A DNA stretch of 55,435 nucleotides from a virus. Lineage: Duplodnaviria > Caudoviricetes. A program made the position numbers and the translations under genes. Each line of letters opens with the position of its first letter. Position 1 is the stretch's first letter. A model generated the notes under the pieces. It was not told the DNA's origin. It saw only the letters and a program-made list of their open reading frames with translations, and made no database searches. Below are positions 8,830 through 14,561 of the stretch, in pieces. The stretch is taken from positions 1 to 55,435 of the IMG/VR virus record IMGVR_UViG_3300042934_000351; one strand, given 5' to 3'.

Positions 8830-9149
8830 TAGTCCTCCGGACGGTTGAGCGCCTCGTCGAGAGCGAGCTCGCAGAAGATGACGCCGAGCGGGACGGTGTT
8901 GTGATACACCTTGAAGTACATGCTCGACACGTTGCCGATGGGTGTGGCGAAGACTCGACGCAGTCGCTTCTCGCCCTTGAGCAGGATCATGTACGGAGTC
9001 TGACGCTCCGTGTACGGTCCCTTGAACTGTGCTGCCTTGGTGGTGTTGTTCTCGACACGCTCGACGCGCTCGATCGCATCGTGCTTGAGCTTCCAGGTGT
9101 CGGTGACGATGCAACGTTCCCGCATCGGTGTGATGTCGTGCTGGCTCAT
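8829..9149 (-). CDS. Hypothetical protein, 106 aa
   Basis: AAGGAG RBS; ATGA coupling. Confidence 0.75.
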   Translation of the reverse strand: MSQHDITPMRERCIVTDTWKLKHDAIERVERVENNTTKAAQFKGPYTERQTPYMILLKGEKRLRRVFATPIGNVSSMYFKVYHNTVPLGVIFCELALDEALNRPED

Positions 9150-9442
9150 GCTAGCTCCTTGAAGAATCTCGTAAGCTTCTGACGAAGCAATACGTCGGGG
9201 AACTCCGAGATGCTAGTAGCCTTCATCATACCCGAGGGCATGATGATCAGGCGCACGTTACCTCCCTCAAGAGGGACGAGAGTAACGAGCAGGACGGGGC
9301 GTCCTGGTCCTAGCTTAACCTCGAAGGGTCGTGTACTGCCGATGTACATGCGAATGAACGGCAGATTGTACTCAACAAGGACATCGAAGAGATCCTTGTT
9401 GTAGGCGATGATACGCCTGAGCGTGTCGAGCTTAGTACCCAA
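9146..9442 (-). CDS. Hypothetical protein, 98 aa
   Basis: Fills the operon; GAAGGTG RBS; TTG start. Confidence 0.6.
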   Translation of the reverse strand: MGTKLDTLRRIIAYNKDLFDVLVEYNLPFIRMYIGSTRPFEVKLGPGRPVLLVTLVPLEGGNVRLIIMPSGMMKATSISEFPDVLLRQKLTRFFKELA

Positions 9443-9614
9443 TGTTCACCTTCTCAGGTGTGTGGACAGGGCACTCCGGATTCCACTCACCTTCGATGTA
9501 GCTAGGAATGTGAGGTTCTCCAGGTATCCGTGCCTCATAGAGAAAGCACGTACAACCTGGACAGAAGTGCGTCATGTAGTGCGTGTTCTCAGCACCACAG
9601 AAAGGGCATGTCAT
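9432..9614 (-). CDS. Small Zn-finger-like protein
   Basis: CPFC...HFCPGCTC...CPVH. Confidence 0.55.
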   Translation of the reverse strand: MTCPFCGAENTHYMTHFCPGCTCFLYEARIPGEPHIPSYIEGEWNPECPVHTPEKVNIGY

Positions 9615-9623
9615 GATGTGGCA

Positions 9624-9659
9624 CAGCCCCTGCCTCTCTCGGGTGAGAGGCAGGGGCTG
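9624..9659 (-). terminator. 15-bp stem-loop downstream of the 9692 gene
   Basis: CAGCCCCTGCCTCTC / GAGAGGCAGGGGCTG. Confidence 0.6.
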
Positions 9660-9691
9660 CTATCCCTGGTAGCGGGACTGTTGCCGACGAC

Positions 9692-10162
9692 TCAGAGCTC
9701 GACGCCCTGGGCCTTCAGCAGCTCGGCGAGCGCCTGCAGGTCCTCGGGCGAGGCGGAGGCGATGATGTCCTCGGCCTTCTCCTTGACCGTCTTGACGACG
9801 CGCGGCTTCTTCTCGCGCAGCTTCTCCTCGAAGGCCTCGGCGTCGAACACGAAGTTCGCGTAGCCGTTCTTCGCGTCCTCGTTGGTGAGGGCCTTGATGG
9901 CGAGGTTGAGCTGGGTCTCGTCGCTCTTCTTGCGGAAGACCTCGACGGGGTTGTCGACGCGGTCGGCGACCTCGGCGAGCGCCGGGACCTGGTTGCCGAA
10001 GAGCTCCTCGACCCGGTCGGGTGCGAGGTCCGAGATGATGTTGAAGTACTCGACGAAGCGCTTGACGCTCTGTCGGGGCCGGTCGCCGATGGCGGCACGC
10101 GTGGCGGCGGCGGCCTCGCTGATCTCGGTCGAGGTCTCTTCGGGAGTGGTGGCCTTAGCCAT
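9692..10162 (-). CDS. Hypothetical protein, probably highly expressed (MAKATTPEET...)
   Basis: Very strong C/G third-position bias; GGAAGGAAG RBS; own -10 element upstream and hairpin downstream. Confidence 0.85.
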   Translation of the reverse strand: MAKATTPEETSTEISEAAAATRAAIGDRPRQSVKRFVEYFNIISDLAPDRVEELFGNQVPALAEVADRVDNPVEVFRKKSDETQLNLAIKALTNEDAKNGYANFVFDAEAFEEKLREKKPRVVKTVKEKAEDIIASASPEDLQALAELLKAQGVEL

Positions 10163-10299
10163 GATGTTCTTCCTTCCGGATGGTTTCAGCGGGTGCACCC
10201 GCTACTGAGTGTTCGTACTCAGTGTGCGAGGGCCGGTCCCGAGACGCCAGAGTCGGGACCAGCCCCCACGCACCGAGGGCGGTGGTTGGGCGTACTACT

Positions 10300-10308
10300 A
10301 TTATGCCC
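10300..10308 (-). promoter_or_regulatory. Putative -10 element GGGCATAAT
   Basis: Intergenic; resembles the GG-TAnAAT motif seen elsewhere in the genome. Confidence 0.45.
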
Positions 10309-10330
10309 TGTTCCGCCGCCCCACGCGCGC

Positions 10331-10597
10331 CTAGTTCGTGTCGATCACGAATAAGCCGGGCGTGTTCGTCGGTTTGATCTTGCCGATCAGCGTCAGGTGC
10401 TTGCCGATTACTGCTCGTGCGTGGATGAGTTCACTTGGCGTGACCATTACCACAACGCGCAGATCGATCGTGCCCGCTTCCAGCTCAGCGAGCAAGGTCA
10501 GTAGCTCCACGAAGAAGCCTGGCTTCTCGCTCGTGGTGCACTCCCTATACGCTATGAGAACTGGGTTCGGGACAGCGCCTAGCATGGTGCTGTTCAT
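10331..10597 (-). CDS. Hypothetical protein, 88 aa
   Basis: ATGA coupling within the early operon. Confidence 0.6.
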   Translation of the reverse strand: MNSTMLGAVPNPVLIAYRECTTSEKPGFFVELLTLLAELEAGTIDLRVVVMVTPSELIHARAVIGKHLTLIGKIKPTNTPGLFVIDTN

Positions 10598-10911
10598 TGT
10601 GAGATCACCATGATCGGGAAGCCGAGCGGGTTCTGCAGCATGACTGCTGTCCAGTAACCGCCGAGCTCCTTGATGTTGGTCTCTCGAAGCTCTTCAGGCG
10701 TGTTGCGAAGAGCATCGTTGATGAGGACGGTGAAGTCTGTCCACTTGTCGGGCTTGGTCATGACCACGTAGTCCGTGTACTTCCACTTGCCTGACGGCGT
10801 GAAGAAGTCGATCTGCCACGTGTTCGACGTTGCACCCATGCCGTCGATCAGGGTCTCTCGACCCTTCATGATCTCGATGGCCGCCTTCTGCACAGCGAGA
10901 GGCGCGCTCAT
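10594..10911 (-). CDS. Hypothetical protein (MSAPLAVQK...), 105 aa
   Basis: ATGA coupling; FFTPSGKWKYTD segment. Confidence 0.7.
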   Translation of the reverse strand: MSAPLAVQKAAIEIMKGRETLIDGMGATSNTWQIDFFTPSGKWKYTDYVVMTKPDKWTDFTVLINDALRNTPEELRETNIKELGGYWTAVMLQNPLGFPIMVISQ

Positions 10912-11009
10912 TTCAGCACTGCCCCTGCTACCATGAGCATGCCTGCCATGACGCAAGCGCCGCCAGCGAACATGCCGATGATGAGGTGCTTGAACTCTGC
11001 TCGGGTCAT
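10908..11009 (-). CDS. 33-aa single-pass membrane peptide
   Basis: MTRAEFKHLIIGMFAGGACVMAGMLMVAGAVLK fills the gap between two genes exactly. Confidence 0.6.
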   Translation of the reverse strand: MTRAEFKHLIIGMFAGGACVMAGMLMVAGAVLK

Positions 11010-11011
11010 GG

Positions 11012-11542
11012 CTAGCCCTGCAACTCGCCGATGGTGGTGTACGCCTCCTTGAGCTCGCGCTCTCGGGCTTCGAGCTGCGCCTGCAGGTCGTTGACTCGCA
11101 GCTGTGACTCCGTCAACTGCTCGACGACCGAGTTCACCTGCTCCTTGATCGCGTACGGGTCGATCTGCTCGACGCCCTCGATCTGAAGCATCTCCAGACC
11201 CTGATTGAAGAGCAGGGCCACGATGGCGTACGAGTAGCTCGCGTCCTGCGCCCGCTGAACGCTGCCGAGCCACGTCTTCGCCTCGATCGAGGCTTCGATG
11301 CCGAGCTTGTCGATGAGACTGGCGACGTTACCCTCCCACCCGCTCTTGTACTTGAGGCCGAGCGAGTCGATGACGGCCACGCCGAACAGGCATGCCCCGT
11401 CCTGACCGTTGGCGGAGTACTGGCACACCTCGGTGTGGGTGTAGTCGAGTCCACGCCACAGGATCGCGGCGCGAGCGGCCTCGATGAACTGCTTGAGCGT
11501 GATGGTGATCTGAACGGGCTGAATGGTGTTGTTGAGGTTCAT
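11012..11542 (-). CDS. Hypothetical protein with C-terminal coiled coil
   Basis: 176 aa; C.Y......CLFG motif; heptad-like tail. Confidence 0.8.
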   Translation of the reverse strand: MNLNNTIQPVQITITLKQFIEAARAAILWRGLDYTHTEVCQYSANGQDGACLFGVAVIDSLGLKYKSGWEGNVASLIDKLGIEASIEAKTWLGSVQRAQDASYSYAIVALLFNQGLEMLQIEGVEQIDPYAIKEQVNSVVEQLTESQLRVNDLQAQLEARERELKEAYTTIGELQG

Positions 11543-11566
11543 GTTCTTCTTTCTCTGTGTGGTGTA

Positions 11567-11935
11567 CTACTCGTTGGGACAGCCGGGAATGTGCGGATCG
11601 CAGAAGCACTCGGAGCACGTGGCTCGCATGCGATCGTGGATGATGCGGTACGTGACGTTGGTCTGTTCAGCCCGACGCCAGCGCTCGACCTCGTGAATCT
11701 CGGTGAGCGTCAGGCCTGACTCGATCATGCGGTTGAGGACGACACGACGCTGTGAGACAGCGAGCTGTGTCCGACCGATGGCGACGGCGATGTCGACATC
11801 AGATGTCGGCTTGCCATTGATCGTGCGAGACAGGACGATCTCGTCTTGATGAGAGGTCCAGAGCTGACGGTGGTTGTCAGCGGTCTTGAGCGTGTACTGC
11901 CGTGTGGCCTCACGCTTCTTGTCGTCACTGCTCAT
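11567..11935 (-). CDS. Possible HTH DNA-binding protein with C-terminal Cys cluster
   Basis: LWTSHQDEIV...DVDIAVAIGRTQLAVSQRR and CSECFC.PH..GC; GGAGG RBS. Confidence 0.65.
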   Translation of the reverse strand: MSSDDKKREATRQYTLKTADNHRQLWTSHQDEIVLSRTINGKPTSDVDIAVAIGRTQLAVSQRRVVLNRMIESGLTLTEIHEVERWRRAEQTNVTYRIIHDRMRATCSECFCDPHIPGCPNE

Positions 11936-12413
11936 TGAAGTACGCCTCCACGATCTTCTCCAGCTTGGCGAGGTCGGTCTCGAAGCGGTTGAGCAGGTCG
12001 TTGAGACGCTCCTCACTTGCTTCGGCGTGTGCACGTGGTGCTTGCACGCGTACCATCTCACGCTGTACCTGGTTCGGGTCCCAGCCGATCGAGTCGCGAT
12101 GCGCCTTGCGAGCGGTCTGTACCCAATCCCACTTGAGGTCGTAGGCCTCGTACTTGTCCACGATCTCGTTGATCGTGAGCGTCGGGTTCTCGAAGTCATG
12201 ACGAAGCTCGGTCATGTTGAGACCGGACGTGGTGATCTCATCGAGAAGAGGCTTGCGCCCCTTACGGAGCGGTTCGAGCCCGTGGAGTCGACGCCACTTG
12301 GCACGATTGCGAACGACCCAGTCATAAGCGAGATTGAACTGTTCAGATACCTGCCAGTTCGTGAGGCTGTCGTTGGCAAACGCAGCCGTCAGCTCGGGTG
12401 AGAGCTGGTTCAT
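11925..12413 (-). CDS. Hypothetical protein, possibly with HTH repeats
   Basis: AAGGAG RBS; two similar segments LTNWQVSEQF.LAYDWV and LTINEIVDKY..LKWDWV. Confidence 0.75.
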   Translation of the reverse strand: MNQLSPELTAAFANDSLTNWQVSEQFNLAYDWVVRNRAKWRRLHGLEPLRKGRKPLLDEITTSGLNMTELRHDFENPTLTINEIVDKYEAYDLKWDWVQTARKAHRDSIGWDPNQVQREMVRVQAPRAHAEASEERLNDLLNRFETDLAKLEKIVEAYFNEQ

Positions 12414-12438
12414 GCTGTACTCCTTTTGTAGTTGTGGA

Positions 12439-12476
12439 CGTGTGCCGCACCAACGGGGAAGAGGGTGCGGCACACG
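12439..12476. terminator. 13-bp intergenic stem-loop, no U-tract
   Basis: CGTGTGCCGCACC / GGTGCGGCACACG. Confidence 0.5.
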
Positions 12477-12480
12477 CTCC

Positions 12481-12852
12481 CTAGCCGATTGACAGGGAGT
12501 TGTTGATCAGGTTCAGCGAGATGTACTCACCGCTGGCCTTCCTGACCTTGAGGAACAGGTCGTACTGCGAGTTGTAGAGCTGGCAGTACGCGAGAGCCGA
12601 GTAGAGGTCGTCGCCGAACCTCTTGGTCTCGATGAAGTCGCCCGAGACGGAGTCGTGGAGGGTGACGGTGACGAGCTCAATGTCCAAGCGACTCTTGAGA
12701 GAGTCGAGCTCGGTCTGGAGGCGTTCGAGCTTACGCTCGTAGCGCGACCCCATGAGCATGAGGATGATCAAGCCGGATGCGCTCGCTCCAAGGAGCATGG
12801 CACCGAGAGCTATGGTCATCAACTGCTCTGTCGTGATGATGAGAGATCCCAT
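12481..12852 (-). CDS. Membrane-anchored protein with coiled coil; first gene of the leftward operon
   Basis: AAAGGAG RBS; N-terminal hydrophobic helix. Confidence 0.75.
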   Translation of the reverse strand: MGSLIITTEQLMTIALGAMLLGASASGLIILMLMGSRYERKLERLQTELDSLKSRLDIELVTVTLHDSVSGDFIETKRFGDDLYSALAYCQLYNSQYDLFLKVRKASGEYISLNLINNSLSIG

Positions 12853-13051
12853 CTCTTCTTCTCCTTTGATTTAGTTATGAATAAACTAATTGTCTATTCT
12901 TCTACCAGAAAACATTCTATTGTAGATGGCGATAGCAATCGCCTGAGCATAGCTATGCTCTCTACACATTGTGATAACGAATTTCTAGTGCTGAGCACGA
13001 AGTGCTAGCTGTATATTGCAATTCTCGGCGGAGCCCTCTGTCCTAGCGTCC

Positions 13052-13057
13052 ATTATA
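13052..13057 (-). promoter_or_regulatory. Putative leftward -10 (TATAAT)
   Basis: Consensus hexamer 200 nt upstream of ATG 12852; no clear -35. Confidence 0.45.
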
Positions 13058-13119
13058 GCTCTCCTCGTCCAGCGCCGCCTACGCCTGCGACCGGAGGTGT
13101 AGCAGGCGAGAGACTAAGT

Positions 13120-13485
13120 GCTTCTATTCCCGTATCGCGGGGTATTTGGCGCTATTAGAAGCTGTATTAGAAGCGACCCCCCATGCGAGACATGGTGAGT
13201 TGGGCTCTAAATATCTTCGTAGACTACCGTAGACTCAAAAGTATCATTCTTCAGTTGCGTGAGATGATTACACGAGTGAGATCATAGATAGATCTCACTA
13301 CCTACAAGAATTTGGAAAAGAAAAATGTAGTATACGATTGTGTAATCATTCACTATTCTACCATGACTGGGTAGTTTTGGGTCTACGGGTCTACGGAGGT
13401 AATTCGCTCATGTCTCGTATGGGAACCCGCTTCTAATCTACCCCTGATACGGTGATTAGAAGCAGTTGCTACGGTGAATAGAAGC
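13120..13485 (+). repeat. Long nested imperfect inverted repeat (candidate structured ncRNA or origin)
   Basis: Arm pairs 13120-13144/13439-13463, 13166-13194/13409-13437, 13216-13240/13375-13398 and 13264-13273/13340-13349, plus inner hairpins. Confidence 0.85.
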
Positions 13486-13554
13486 TCGATGGCAGCCCCC
13501 TATAGCTGACGTTTAGCTACTCAGCCTGCCACATGGCTTGTTACGTATTGTGAA

Positions 13555-13592
13555 GGGCAGACTAGTAGTTACTAGTCTGTTCTCTTTATGTT
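13555..13592 (+). terminator. Terminator-like hairpin on the plus strand with no upstream CDS
   Basis: GGGCAGACTAGT-AGTT-ACTAGTCTGTTC followed by TCTTTATGTT. Confidence 0.55.
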
Positions 13593-13703
13593 ATCGTCAT
13601 TTCCTCGTTTGGTTGTGGGTCTCGTCACTGTCCAGTGACGCAGGCGCAATAAGCTAGAACTGAGACATGGACGTGCATTATTGTTCGTCTATTGTCGTTA
13701 GAT

Positions 13704-13735
13704 AAAAAGAAACAGAGCTAGGCTCTGTCCCTTTT
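13704..13735. terminator. Bidirectional terminator-like hairpin ending the 13749 gene
   Basis: AAAAAGAA-ACAGAGC-TAG-GCTCTGT-CCCTTTT. Confidence 0.6.
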
Positions 13736-13748
13736 AGCCGATGCCGTG

Positions 13749-14093
13749 TTACGGCTTGGCTGTTGCAGTCTGCTGCGTGAACGCGTGCAGAGCTGCTGTG
13801 ACGGCCTGTGCCACGATCGTGGCGATGTCCGTCTGTTGTGCGGCTGGCTGTGCCTTGCCGACGTTGTTGATGTCCATGATGGCGAGAGCCTTGCTGCGTG
13901 CAGCGTCGTCTTCGCGTACCTGGATGCGTCCGGTGTTGTCGACGTAGAGCAGTGCTCTGGTCGCGAGATCGCTGCCCTGGATGGCGAGCTGGGTCTCGTT
14001 GTATGCCTTGGTGGATTCGCTGTCCACCATCTTGTTGACCAACCTGTTCGTGGGATCGAACATGTTGCTGACAAGCTGCTCCTGGAAGCTCAT
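13749..14093 (-). CDS. Isolated hypothetical protein, 114 aa
   Basis: AGGAG RBS; GC-rich coding island inside the AT-rich centre; own terminator. Confidence 0.75.
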   Translation of the reverse strand: MSFQEQLVSNMFDPTNRLVNKMVDSESTKAYNETQLAIQGSDLATRALLYVDNTGRIQVREDDAARSKALAIMDINNVGKAQPAAQQTDIATIVAQAVTAALHAFTQQTATAKP

Positions 14094-14520
14094 TGTGACT
14101 CCTAGTGTCTAGTGTAGTACCTTAGTTAGTACCGATTAACCTATTTGATTTGTGTAGCCTTGGGCTACTTGTTTGTGACGTTAAAGTCACTTATTTACTA
14201 CTATATACATAGTAGGGGGGTATAGTGTGTTGTTATTGTTTAATTGTATAATATCGATCTGCTCCGAAAGAAATTCCAAATTCTTGTAGCCAGGTTGCTA
14301 CAGACCCATGTAACACATGGAAACGAGGATAGTCTCCTCTCGACCTCCCGATTTAGCCAAAACCGGTACAGGCTACTGGGCTAGTCTCCAGGTCTGGAGG
14401 CTTGTCTCCCGGCAGCTCCCGAAAGCGGCCAGAACGCGGTGCGCGCAGCCCGGTTAGCCACATGCTCCAGAAGATCGTGATCCACGGCGAAACGCGGCGG
14501 CCAGCGGATGGGGTGCCGGG

Positions 14521-14531
14521 CGGGGTAGAAT
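14521..14531 (+). promoter_or_regulatory. Putative promoter CGGGGTAGAAT for the giant gene
   Basis: The identical 11-mer occurs at 44884-44894; both precede operon starts. Confidence 0.6.
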
Positions 14532-14561
14532 TAGAGCGTTGCCCCTCATGCTCTCGGAAAG

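Noticed and set aside
12655-13008. Plus-strand 117-aa ORF entering the AT-rich centre, and 14402-14890
   Set aside because: They oppose or overlap better-supported genes, lack an RBS and have atypical codon usage.
13120-13485. Repeats as a CRISPR array or transposon ends
   Set aside because: They are short, inverted and nested, with no regular spacers, transposase or target duplication.
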